Origin: the human T2T-CHM13v2.0 reference genome, Homo sapiens | Direction: 5' to 3' (one strand) | Length of the DNA: 64,000 nt | NCBI RefSeq assembly: GCF_009914755.1 | Contig: NC_060930.1 | Shown: one piece after another, positions 50,361-64,000 of the stretch | How positions within the stretch are numbered: the stretch's first letter is position 1 | How the letters are laid out: every line of letters begins with the position of its first letter | The notes under the pieces: model-generated | Database searches by the model: none | The model's input: the letters and a program-made list of their open reading frames with translations, nothing else | Told to the model about the DNA's origin: nothing | Made by a program: the position numbers and the translations under genes

Positions 50361-50944
50361 ATTTGTTTATAAACCTTCAAAATTAATGAATAATAAATGC
50401 CAAACTTTCCAAATCAGAAAAATTGCTTTTGAAACAGAAATTTCCAGGAGCAGCTGAAAATGCAAAGAAAAAACATGCCATTTTTCTTACCTTCCACCTT
50501 CTTTTTCTTCTTTAACATCTAAACATTTCTTCCTCACTAGTCAGTAGTCCTAGGTACAGGTAAAATTAAGTGTCTCCTACCAATAGGATATTGTAAAGAT
50601 ATCTGTATATTCTCAGGACTCAGTAATTTTTCTGGGTTCCAATGTCCTCATTTCAAATATTGGATAATGGCTACTCCTTCTTAGGGTTATGAGATGATTA
50701 TGGGCTTATCCTACAAAGTATAAAGATACCATGGTACGCAGGCCTCCATCAAGGGTAAAACAAAGTGAAGCATAAGTGTGCAGCACGTCTTCCAGAAGTG
50801 TCAACTATATTAGAGACAGTAAATAAAGTATCATTTTTATGTTAAAAAATACAGATACAGTATGGCATAGAATAAAAAACTTGAATTTAATATTATGAAA
50901 GAAAGCTTTTTAAAAAACATCAAACTTGTTTAAAAATCCATTCA

Positions 50945-51245
<301 letters not shown>

Positions 51246-51361
51246 TCAGTCTAATCCCTCCTTATAGTGGTAAATGCATACCTAGAACATGATATGGTTG
51301 CTTACTATATGTCTGGAATAGGGCAGATACTCATATTTGGTATCATAAGGGAAAATTAGTT

Positions 51362-51694
51362 GTTGTTTTTTTTAATTATACTTTAAGTTTTAGGGTACAT
51401 GTGCACAACGTGCTGGAGAGGATGTGGAGAAATAGGAACACTTTTACACTGTTGGTGGAACTGTAAACTAGTTAACCATTGTGGAAGTCAGTGTGGCGAT
51501 TCCTCAGGGATCTAGAACTAGAAATACCATTTGACCCAGCAATCCCATTACTGGGTATATACCCAAAGGATTATAAATCATGCTGCTATAAAGACACATG
51601 CACATGTATGTTTACTGCAGCACTATTCACAATAGCAAAGACTTGGAACCAAGCCAAATGTCCAACAATGATAGAATGGATTAAGAAAATGTGG
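51362..51694 (-). mobile_element. Short young L1PA insertion with 5' inversion (twin priming)
   Basis: Minus-strand 3' end 51362-51413 joined to plus-strand ORF2 C-terminal piece 51410-51694; TSD GGAAAATTAGTT at 51350-51361 and 51693-51704. Confidence 0.92.
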
Positions 51695-51939
51695 AAAATT
51701 AGTTTTTAATGCTTAAAAAAACTGCTAGAAGCTAAGTTATATACCTATAACTATTTATTTTATTAAAAAATTACCCTTTCTCAACATTTTGTTCAAAGAA
51801 GGATTTTTACAAAACGGCAGTGTCCTCCCTTACTAAATATTTAAAGCAATATAGCATACATGAAAAAAGAATCTTTTCTGTTTCATTGGTTATTTGAACT
51901 ATCCCATAAGAAGTACACTTTTCTGGGAGCCTTGTATCT

Positions 51940-51945
51940 TACATA

Positions 51946-51989
<44 letters not shown>

Positions 51990-51993
51990 CACA
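51940..51993. repeat. (CA)n microsatellite
   Basis: Directly visible in the sequence. Confidence 0.95.
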
Positions 51994-52121
51994 AACACCA
52001 AAACCAAGGCAAATTACAAAAAGAGTATAAAATCTTTAACTTAATTAACACCTATTTAATTTTGTTTTGTTCTCCATGAAAATGAGAGAAATGACAAATG
52101 CACACAAATAGAAATAAACGG

Positions 52122-52255
52122 TCTTATTTATTTTTCCAACCTTTATTTTAGTGTCAGGGATATATGTACAGGTTTGTTACATGGGTGAGTTGTGTGTCAC
52201 TGAGGTTTGGTGTATGAATGATCCAGTCACCCAAGTAGTGAGCATGGTACCTGAG
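52122..52255 (-). mobile_element. Older L1PA 3'-end fragment
   Basis: caggtttgttacatgggtgagttgtgtgtcactgaggtttggtgtatgaatgatcc. Confidence 0.8.
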
Positions 52256-52999
52256 ATAATGTTAGTTTTAACACAGTCCTTTTCCTCCTCAGGCAAAATT
52301 CCCACAGGGAGCAATGATGAGACTTACACCTAAGTTAAAAATCCCTTCATGACATAAATTCTGAACATTTATTCTACACTCAGACACAATATTAGATGCT
52401 TTTTAGAATTGGAAATGAAGAACAAAAAGAGGTGAAAACATGGAAAGCAAAAATGTCCCAGCTTGCCTTCAAGGAGCTTATTCTACTATGGAAGACTATA
52501 CACATATTAAAGGCTGAAAAAAAAGGAAAGAAATTCACAAATAAATATGATCTGATTATAGCTATGCACCATTACTATTTGATGAAACCACATTAATTCA
52601 GCTTTCACTAATTTCAAATTTATAATTGTTGGGGCATGGTAGAGATTGAAATTCAGCTTTTACTCACTATGAATAAAACTAAATGAACTGAAGCTACAAA
52701 CAACTCAGGGCTTTCAAGAACCCCTTACTGCCTTTCTAAAAATGAGAAACTCAGAAATGTACACCATATTAACAGAATTTATTAATTTCAGGTATGTAAG
52801 TCAAGAAAAATACATTTTTCCTATACTTTCATTTGTAACAAAGTGGGCTGAATTATTTATTCAAATTAAGCTACTACAGTTCCCTCCCATTTACCTAAAC
52901 ATCTAAAATGCTAATGCTGCTAATAAAATAGCAGTAGTAGTAGAGGCAGTGCAGTGTTAATGCTAATGGTAGTGTCCATTCATTGATTTCTTAAGCCTC

Positions 53000-53395
53000 T
53001 GTGCCAATCTCTATTATCATTTCCAACCTCGCCCCTATGCACTTTTCACTGCAGGGCTGAGTTCTCTACACAAATCCTGCTTTGTATGCCTTTGAATCCT
53101 TTATCAGGTTGGAATAATCTTTCCAATTTTGTCTAGCTAACTCCTATTCAACCTTTGAAACTCAGCTCAGGTTTCATATCCTCGGGGAAACCCCTAATCC
53201 CCTGGTTCTCAGGGTATCTACAGCACTAGGGAATAGGTGATAGCACTGTAATGTTAGGCTAGATCTCCTTTTCTACCTCCACTACTTATCTGTAAATTAC
53301 TTGTAGTCAGGAATCACATCTTACCTTATTATGCATCCAAACAGCTATCATTAGAAGAGACAGTCAATATATTACTTATTGAATGAATGAGTCAG
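53000..53395 (+). mobile_element. L2 3' region
   Basis: ctaactcctattcaacctttgaaactcagctcag...ttattgaatgaatga. Confidence 0.65.
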
Positions 53396-54255
53396 GCACT
53401 ATACCAGGAATTTAATTATGATAAAACAAATACTTTAAAATTTTACTGCTAAAAATAGCTTGAGAGATGGAATATAACATGATCAAGGTCTCATGGTTAC
53501 TGGGTGATGGAATCAGAAATAAATCCAGGCCTGCTGGGTTTCAGGCCAGGTGACCCTACGCTTTCAACTCAAAGTGTTATCTTAGATTCTTAGGTCTTAG
53601 ATTCTTGGATGGGATCTCTTCCAGTTTTAGAATAAAGCCACTTCTCTCTGGCCAACTGAGGAGTCAATTTTAAGCATGCAAACTGGGATTTCAGTTAAAA
53701 AATAAAAATTATTTTAGTGTTACAAATTGTCAGTGAAGGACTTTCTCAAAGCTTTAATCATATAAATAGTTTGACATCTCTAAGGTAGCAGTTCTCAATT
53801 TCATATTGTGGATTATTTCACGAGAGGAAAAAAGAGTGACCAACTCCATCTATACCCACTATGTCACTGAAAAGAAACCTCATCATGACTCATGGGAAGA
53901 ATGGCATCTGAAAAAATACTTAAGAAATGTCACAAGTAAATTATTAATCCATGCCATAAAACAGACTACAGATACTGTCATATTATAAACCTTAGAATTT
54001 CAAGAAACCAGCTGGAAGACCACCCAGAGAATCCTAGAAGACCATCAGTGGTCTATGGGGACCATACTTTGAGAACTACCGTTATAAGAAATGAAACTGC
54101 TTCCTCCTCAGGAACTTCATCTTTTTGTTGGGGGAACACACTGTCCTTCAAGCCAAAAACATCAAAGTATTAAGACCTCTAAATTCTTCTAAAATACTGT
54201 CATAACCCCAAACTACCTTGTTCATGGGATGTAGTCATGTAGTTGTAAATGCAGA

Positions 54256-54490
54256 TCTGCTTATCTATTGTTGGTGTATAGGAATGCTTGTGATTTTTGC
54301 ACATTGATTTTCTATCCTGAGACTGTGGAAGTTGCTTATCAGCTTAAGGAGTTTTGGGGCTAAGACACTGGGGTTTTCTAAATACAGAATCATGTCATCT
54401 GCAAACAGAGACAATATGACTTCCTCTCTTCCTATTTGAATATCCTTTTTTCTTTCTCTTGCCTGATTGCCCTGGCCAGAGCTTCCAATA
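54256..54490 (-). mobile_element. Internal L1PA ORF2 (RT, LFADDM) fragment without tail
   Basis: Closely matches 26950-27188 of the young L1 in this window. Confidence 0.88.
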
Positions 54491-56120
<1,630 letters not shown>

Positions 56121-56451
56121 CTTTACTAAGTAGGTTTGTATTGGTAGAGGTACTGGTATGGCAATCCTGCAACCATTTCTTATGTATTAGAGCACTGAAC
56201 AAATAAGTAAGAATATTAGGGTTGTTGGTAATCAAGTTCTTAGTATGCAAGAAAGGAGAATAACATACAAAATAAGCAAGAATTGGACTGTGGGAAAAGT
56301 GATGGGGAAACAGGAATTAAAGATGGCCCATACAAACAACTATTTTAAGGAATTTTGCTATTAAGGGTAGCAGCTATAGAAAGAAGGTTTTTAAAAAAGG
56401 AGTTTTCAGATGGGAGAAATAACAGCATGTCTTTATTCTGATAAGAATAAT

Positions 56452-57980
56452 CTATTTTTAATTTTTTTAAGGAAAATCCATACTATTTTCCATATGGCTG
56501 TACTAATTTATATTCCCACCACTAGTGTGCAAAGGTTCTCTTTTCTCCACATCCTCTCAAACACTTCATATCTGTCATCTTTTTGACGACAGCCATTCTA
56601 ACATATGCAAAGTCATATCTCATTGTGGTTTTAATTTGCATTTCTCTGATGATTTGTGATGTTCAGTAATTTTTCATATATGTGTTGGCCATTTCTATGT
56701 CTTATTTTGAGATATGTCTATATACAGTCTTTGCCCATTTTTTTTTTTACACTGTCCTAATATCAAATCTTTATTCCATTAACAATCAAACTTTTACATC
56801 ATCGCCAAGGCTTTTTGTTCACTTAAGATTTGGTAGTCTTTGGACTAGACTCTGGAATAGACAAAGAGCATCAGTGGAAAAATGCAAAATCCAAATAAAG
56901 TTTGGATTTTAGTTAATAGTAAAGTGTATTATTTTCTTACTATTGAGTTCCTTATAGATTCTGAATATTAATCCCTTATCAGATATATGGCTTGCGAATA
57001 TTTTCTCTCATTTTGTAAGTTGTCTCTCTACTCTTTTTTTTTGGCAGAGGCTTTTTAGTTTGATGTAATCCCATTCATCTATTTTCACTTCTGTTGCCTA
57101 TGCTTTTGGGTTCATATCCAAAAAATCATTGCCCAGATCAATGTCATGGAGCTTTCCTCCTGTGTTTTCTTCTAGTAGTTTTACAGTTTCAGATCTCACA
57201 TTTAACTCTTTAATCCATTTTGAGTTGATTTTTGCATATGAAATAAGAGTCTAATTTCATTCTTTTATATGTGAATATCCAGTTGTCTCAACACCATTTA
57301 AAACAGAACTACCATATGATCCATCAATCTCATTATTGGGTACATATTCAAAAGAAGTAAACTTAGTATGTTTAAGAGGTAGCATTACTCCTATGTTCAC
57401 TGCAGTATTATTCACAATAGCCAAGATGGAATCAACCTAGGAGTCCATCAGTGGGTAAACGGATAAAGAAAATGTGCTATATACAATGGATTGTTATTCA
57501 GCCTTAAAAAGGTAGGAAGTTCTGTCATTTTTGACAACATGGATGAATCTAGAGGATATTATGTTAAGTGAAATAAGCCAGGCATGGAAAGACAAATGCC
57601 ACATGATCTCATATGTGGAATCTAAAACGTTTGACCTCACGGAAGTAGAGAGTAGAATGATGGTTACCAGGAGCTGAGGGGGAGGGAGGGGTTATAGAAG
57701 GGTTGGGGAGGTTTTGGCCAAAGGATACAAAACTTCAGTTACACAGGAAAACATACAAGAGAACTGTACAGCATAGTGACTATAGTTAATAACAAATGTA
57801 TTCTCGCAAATTGCTAAGAGTGCATATGTCTTCTCACTACAAAAAAATTAATATGTGAAGTAATACATATATTAATTAGCTCAATTTAGCCCTTCCACAA
57901 TGTACACGTGTTTCCAAACATAGTGTACATGACAAATATATACAATTGTTACTTGTCAATTAAAACAATTTTTAAAAAAA
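56452..57980 (+). mobile_element. L1MA (about MA6-8) with 5' inversion: inverted 56452-57300, sense 57301-57980
   Basis: Strand switch at acaccattta|aaacagaactaccatatgatcc; L1MA-type 3'UTR ending ttgtcaattaaaa. Confidence 0.85.
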
Positions 57981-59070
57981 TCAGCTTAGAAAGAAAATGA
58001 GAAGAAAAGAAGGATGCCAAGAGTTCAGCCACCGATCTGCTTCCAACCCTGAGACTTCTGGTGCTGGATCTCATTTATGTGGATCCTTTAAAAGATAACC
58101 TTCATTATTCAGGGATGCTCCAAGGGGCCTCTGTCCCACACAATCAGCCTTACTCAAACAGTCAACACAAGTTACACTCATTCACAGGGATAAAAACAGG
58201 AAGTTAGGTCTACATGTGACAGCATGAGTCACTTCTCCTTTCCACAACTCAACTTTTACCTTCACAAAATAAGGGGTATGGATTTTATAGGTCCCCTTTT
58301 ATTTTCCTAAGTTCTTGTATCAAATGAAACTATAATGACATTTCACGACTTGCCTGCCACTAATTTTGCTGCCCGCTGGCAACCAAACTCACAGTTGCGC
58401 CAACTCAGAGTTTAAGTGACTGTAAGAGCAGGGCCTTGGTTAAAGTAGTCTTTGAGTATACACAAGTAGCTTCATTGTTTATAGCTTAACTCAGAAAGAA
58501 AACGAAAACAAACAAGCAAAAAACCCCTTCACTTTTTACTATATTTACCTCCTGATGGAATTATTTCTACCCAATTCTAATCCTTATAAAATAAGGACAA
58601 TATTGATAATATACTCTTAAAGCAGCCCCTTACAATTAAAATACAGATCAATTTGCATAATAGTTACATAATAATATGGAAAAATTCATGTTATGTATCC
58701 ATCAATAAAATAAGAACCAAAAGAATAACCACAATAAGACTAATTACTTGACAGTAAGATAAATATTTGGTACCCTCTTTTTAAGCAGCAGAATGTTCTG
58801 GGGAAAATGAAATCATATATGAAACCCCTTACCATGAACAGGTAAAACAGAGCTCCTTTAATTCAAGTACTCCAAGTATGGCAAGTCTAGGATTCCACCC
58901 ACAAGGACATCATTATCTCCTGAGTAAAATCTCCTGAAGTACTTCTATAAAAGACAGTTTGAAAGCCACTGCAGCAGATTATCTAGGTAAGCTATAGCTT
59001 AAGAAACAGGATACTCAGAGCCACCTTGCCAGTCAGTCCACACACATGGTTTAGCAAACACTGCTTTTTC

Positions 59071-59075
<5 letters not shown>

Positions 59076-59104
<29 letters not shown>
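59076..59104. repeat. (GT)n microsatellite
   Basis: Directly visible in the sequence. Confidence 0.95.
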
Positions 59105-59109
<5 letters not shown>

Positions 59110-59672
59110 GAAGATACTTCCATTTGAAATACCTATAAACCACAAAATCATCTGGGATCATGGACATTTTCCCAAGAATATTTGCATAACACAATTAACA
59201 CAAAATAACACAAGAAGTTAATACAGAAGCATTGAAAGGCAAAGAAAAAAAAAACCCATAGTTTGGTTTTCCATTTAGGAAATTTTCATGGGGGCGGGCA
59301 GGGAAAGCGAGGGAGGCACAATAATCATTTGAACCTATAAATTAAATTACAATTACTAAAATGTTCTTGGTCTCCACTGCAGTATTCAGTAGAAAATAAA
59401 CCATGCCACATATATTTGATATTAATTTTGTTTTAAAGCCTCACGGAAGACAGTTTTCTGATTTTGCATGTTGATAATACAAGGTCAATGAGTAGGCATG
59501 TTACATTTCAAAAGCTACTTTCTCACATTCCCCAGTGTTCAAATACTTAGAAACTTGATGTTAAGTTTATATATTGGCTAATTATTCTCCGAATAATCTA
59601 GTAAAGAGTAGAAATGTAATAATGCAGGAGAGAAAAGTGCTGATGTCCTTGTGTGTATAAGAGGGTATGGGA

Positions 59673-59981
<309 letters not shown>

Positions 59982-61817
59982 TGAGGGTATGGGAGTTTAA
60001 GAACAAGTGGAGAGGTTGGGGAATAGACAGTTAAGCTACAATATGGGGAGGGAAGACAGGTATGTGGGCATAAGTACAGGAAAAGAGCAGATGAAGTAGA
60101 AACATATGAAAGGCCTGTTATATTTCCTCATACTTCCTTAGAGAGGTAGGAAGCACAGCTATAAGCTGAGAATCAGGATAGGAAATAACTTGTTAGAAAT
60201 TCAAAGAAAAAGAAAAAGGTATAACACATCATCCAGGATACTGGGAGAGTGAAATAAATAGGGAAAAATTTATGTATAATACATATTTATTAAATATATA
60301 TTTATCAAATGTATGTATGTATATATATTTATTAAATATATGTATTTATACATATATCACAGGACAGTATTAACAACTCATTAAAACTCTAAAGTTAGTG
60401 GTCAGGAATTACTGTAAGCATGTTGTATTTATCTCTAGCAATATTCAGCTGCATTGGTACAGTTTAAAAGCTGCTAAAGAGCAGAATTTAACCAGTGTTG
60501 AGTATTGCCAGCTGAATAAGACAAATGAAATGAGGCCAAGGGTACTAAGTACATATGCAAAGGAGTAATTATAACTATTGAGCATAAACCTTTAAATTAG
60601 GTGACAGACAATGGGAGGTGGTGATTGGAGAGTAGAATACTCTAAATTGAAGTTACACAGGAGTTGCAGTCATTGTAAACAACAAGGTCTAGGGTACAAT
60701 CATGGAATTAATGGCTGAAATAAATTGGAGGACAGTGCCATTGGAGAGAAAATGAAAAACTGAAAGTCCAGGATACTAGAAGGATCATGCACGTGGCTAC
60801 TGAAATGATCAAGAATTGTAACAGGAGTATTACAGACAAAAGCACAATGAGCCAGACAATAAAATCTTTTGAGAAATCAGAGGGAATCACCTAGGTATTT
60901 GGCAGTATTGTCTGATAGAATGATATATTTAGTTACAAGGAGGTGCACAAAAAGCTCTTTTGAAGAGAGTCGGTGATAGAAGATTCGGAATATATTTTCT
61001 GAAATGGGATAATTAACTGGTGGAAAGACTATGTCATTAAGTAGTTATGAGTTTTTAAAAAGCCCATTTAAAAATGAGATTGCTGTAATTTATTTATGTT
61101 GTGATATTCATTCTGAAATTTAAATTAAAATTAAAGAAAAGCATGAAACTTGTTTATCAGGTGACAAGAGCTAAGGACTGTTGCAGATACATAGCTATAC
61201 CAAGTTACATTGAAAGGTTTTATAGGAATGTGCTAAATACAATTTCCAGATTATGGCATGACTACCTTTCAGTAGCTTTGCAAAAAATCCAGTCATACAA
61301 ACAGTAGCATTTTGTATTGACTGCGTTTCTCAGTGGATGACTGTCAATGTAATTAGACACCTTTGACTCAGACACTCTTATTTAGCTAAATTTAAAGCAA
61401 TAACAAAACAAAACCTCTACATAAATACGGTTCTTAGAAAATGCCCCATTATTACCAACAGACATTACCTTAGTCCTAAAGTCATGAGAAATAAATCCAT
61501 AGACTACACCTTACCCTAAACTCCTGTACTGGACACTACACCAGAGGCTGGGAATGCAAAGATGACTAAAATGTGGTCCTTACCTTAGGTAGATCATAGT
61601 TTAATGGGCAAGACAGACCAGAAAAGGAGGGGTGAGTAGAAGAGTATGAAAGAGGATAAGGACATTTCAGATAGAACAGGCAATGCAGAAGGGGGTAAAA
61701 AGGTATGTGTGATATGAGAGTGAATAGAGTGAGAGAGGAAAAAGGAAGAGGGGGAAGAGAGAGGAAGACAGGTAGAGAGAAGGGAGGTAAAAAGGGAGGG
61801 AGGAGAGTTGAGAATAA

Positions 61818-62094
61818 TTTCTTGTTTTCGGTGGTTTTGTTTTTAGAGACAGAGTCTTACTCTGATGCCCAGGCTAGAGTGCAGTGGCACAATCACAGCT
61901 CACTGCAGCCACAAACACCTGAGCTCAAGCGATCCTCCTGCCTAGGCCTTCTTAGTAGCTGGGACTATAGGCATGTGCCACTGGGCCCAGCTTTTTTGTT
62001 TTGTTTTGCCTTTTTTTTTTTGTGGTATAGATGGGGTCTCACAATGTTGCCCAGGCTGGTCTCCAACTCCCAGCCTCAAGAGATTCTCCTACCT
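61818..62094 (-). mobile_element. AluJ, 5'-truncated
   Basis: agagacagagtcttactctg...cacagctcactgcagcc; ends within the left arm. Confidence 0.85.
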
Positions 62095-62209
62095 GTTCTC
62101 AAGGGCATTGTCGAAAACAACAGCAATTGGTGGCAAGTAATCAGGAATACCAAGTGTGGCTAACAGAATAGCAACCAAAAATTTAAAATGGAAATCTGCA
62201 GAAGATACC

Positions 62210-63432
62210 TGATGGGGTTCAAGAAATACTACCCCAAAATATGGCACTTCAGCATTTGAGAAAACAGTATCGTGAGGTGCAAGAAACACAACTCCAAAAT
62301 AAGGCATCTTGAAAATTGAGAAAATAGCAGAGGCAGAAAGTCCACTCTCATTTCTCCTTCACCCTTCATCCCTAAAGCAGGCTATAAAACCTAAAAGGGT
62401 CACTCTGATGGCCGGGTGCAGTGGTTCATGCCTGTAATCCCAGCACTTTGGGAGGCCGAAGCAGGCGGATCACCAGGTCAGGAGATCAAGACCATCCTGT
62501 CTAACACGGTGAAACCCCATCTACTAAAAATACAAAAAAAAAAAAAAAAAAAAAAAATTAGCCGGGCGTGGTGATGGGCGCCTGTACTCCCAGCTCCTCG
62601 GGAGGCTGAGGCAGTAGAATGGCATGAACCCAGGAGGCAGAGCTTGCAGTGAGCTGAGGTCACGCCACTGCACTCCAGCCTGGGCAACAGAGCAAGACTC
62701 CGTCTCAAAAAAAAAAAAAAAAAAAGTCACTCTGACTTTCTCCCTCCCTTCTCCCCTGAAGACCATCAGGTGACAGGTGAGCTCGCCTATACCCAGAGAG
62801 AGGGAATGAAGGCACTGAAATGCCAAGAAAAATCTGAACAAACAGGACTTGCTAAGTTCCCTCCAGTTTATGTGTCACATAAAATTTATATTAAATAAAT
62901 TTGCATGCCTTTCTATTGTTAATCTGTCTTTTGTTATAGGGGTCTCAGTCATGAACCTTGCAATGACTGAGAAATCTTCTCCCCCCTGTAAGCTGTAGTA
63001 GGAAGGTCTCTCTTACCTTCTCCTACCCTTCTCCCCTGAAGCAGGCCACAAAAGAATTCTCTGGCCTTTCTCTGAAGTAGGTCTTAAGGCCCTCATGTAC
63101 CCCACACACAGAGGCAAGGAATGTCGCACAGGGATACAGAGAAGACTGAACAAAAAGGTCTTGCTGAAATCTCTCCAGTTTATTACTATTAGATCATATC
63201 TCTCTTTATCCAATCAGACTTCTGCACAAATGTCCACTCTTCATTTAATGTAGCATAAAAATAGTTTTTCCAGTTTCTTTAGGTTTTAATTTCTGAAGGC
63301 TCCTGTGTCATGTAAAATTTATATGAAATAAATGTGTATGCTTTTCCTTTGTTAGTCTATCTTTTAATACAAATATCTCAGCCATGAACCTTGCAATAAG
63401 TGAGGAAAAGATAAATCTTTTCTGCCACTATG
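62210..63432 (+). mobile_element. Two nested MER34/MER39-like (ERV1) LTRs: outer 62210-62267 plus 62991-63432, inner ~62268-62990
   Basis: Two LTR starts (ctaccccaaaatatggcac / caactccaaaataaggcat) and two LTR ends (ctcag-catgaaccttgcaat...). Confidence 0.75.
62410..62725 (+). mobile_element. AluY inserted in the inner LTR
   Basis: Y diagnostics; TSD GTCACTCTGA at 62399-62408 and 62726-62735; expanded central A-run. Confidence 0.95.
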
Positions 63433-63439
63433 CAGCCAT

Positions 63440-64000
63440 TGGGGGCTTTGAAAAGTTCCAATATATTCCTGAGAATCTGAACAGATTACACATGCACCAG
63501 GTTACATGCATGCTTAGGAAAGACCAGAAAAGTCCTCAGCTGCCTACTTATCAATTGTAGACCACGAGATCCTGTACACCCTGAGCAGACTATGAAGTGA
63601 AACCACAGGCAGACTTGTAAACTGCCTGAACTTTGAATGTGTGCCCTAATATACATACAGATTTCTCAGCAAAAGTGGAAGCCTTATGGGTTCAAAATGT
63701 TTGAACCCATAAGAAAACTTTTAATCACTGGCTGACCATTAAAACTTGCTGCCCCAGGGGTAATCACTAAAAAGCCATGTTTAAGCATAATAACAACTAT
63801 TAAATTAAAAAAAATTATTAAATTAAATTTAGAAAAAAACTTGAGCAGAGACTTCAGTGGTTATATACAGAAAGGCAGACAGATTTTATGGAATTAGTAA
63901 TTTCACTAAATAAACAAGAATATGAGAAACAACATCCCTAGAGGTGACAGAGATTCTGAGAGTTGCTAAAATATATTATCTAAAGGTTCCATGCTCATGG
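63440..64000 (+). mobile_element. Old L1M 5'-region remnant
   Basis: acttgtaaactgcctgaactttgaatg...gattctgagagttgctaaaatatattatctaaa. Confidence 0.55.

Noticed and set aside
57676-57712. G-quadruplex-like tract
   Set aside because: It is the standard G-rich tract of an L1MA 3'UTR.
58365-58390. CTCF-like motif (reverse complement TTGCCAGCGGGCAGCA)
   Set aside because: Mismatches at core C positions make it too weak to call.
60268-60356. AT-rich quasi-palindromic repeat (atatttattaaatat x2)
   Set aside because: Short low-complexity sequence that is common in AT-rich introns.

Overview
Human (or closely related great-ape) genomic DNA: AT-rich, CpG-depleted, with no CpG island. It is largely intronic sequence of SUPT3H (SPT3 homolog, SAGA/STAGA histone-fold subunit), transcribed on the minus strand. 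Three internal coding exons are present (29355-29441, 23608-23698, 12460-12599; probably exons 4-6). They have canonical AG/GT boundaries and splice in frame to [106 protein letters not shown]. None of these exons appears in the ORF track, whose ORFs are L1 remnants, Alu-derived frames or chance. The rest is a repeat mosaic: about 17 Alu/FLAM copies, a 3.1-kb L1PA2/3, older L1s, L2, MIR, MaLR/ERVL/MER34-type LTRs, and DNA transposons (Tigger3, MER8, MER58, MADE1). I found no evidence for a new multi-gene system. The most interesting signals are structural: (1) the three exons total 318 nt in phase 0-0, so a back-spliced circle would carry a stop-less ORF; (2) a MADE1 MITE contains a captured copy of neighbouring DNA; (3) a second locally templated insertion; (4) a foreign AATAAA+poly(A) cassette inside an old L1; (5) two twin-primed (5'-inverted) L1s; (6) a tail-less internal L1 RT fragment; (7) an Alu-in-LTR-in-LTR nest. 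Repeat subfamily names come from remembered consensus sequences, and boundaries of old repeats are approximate.
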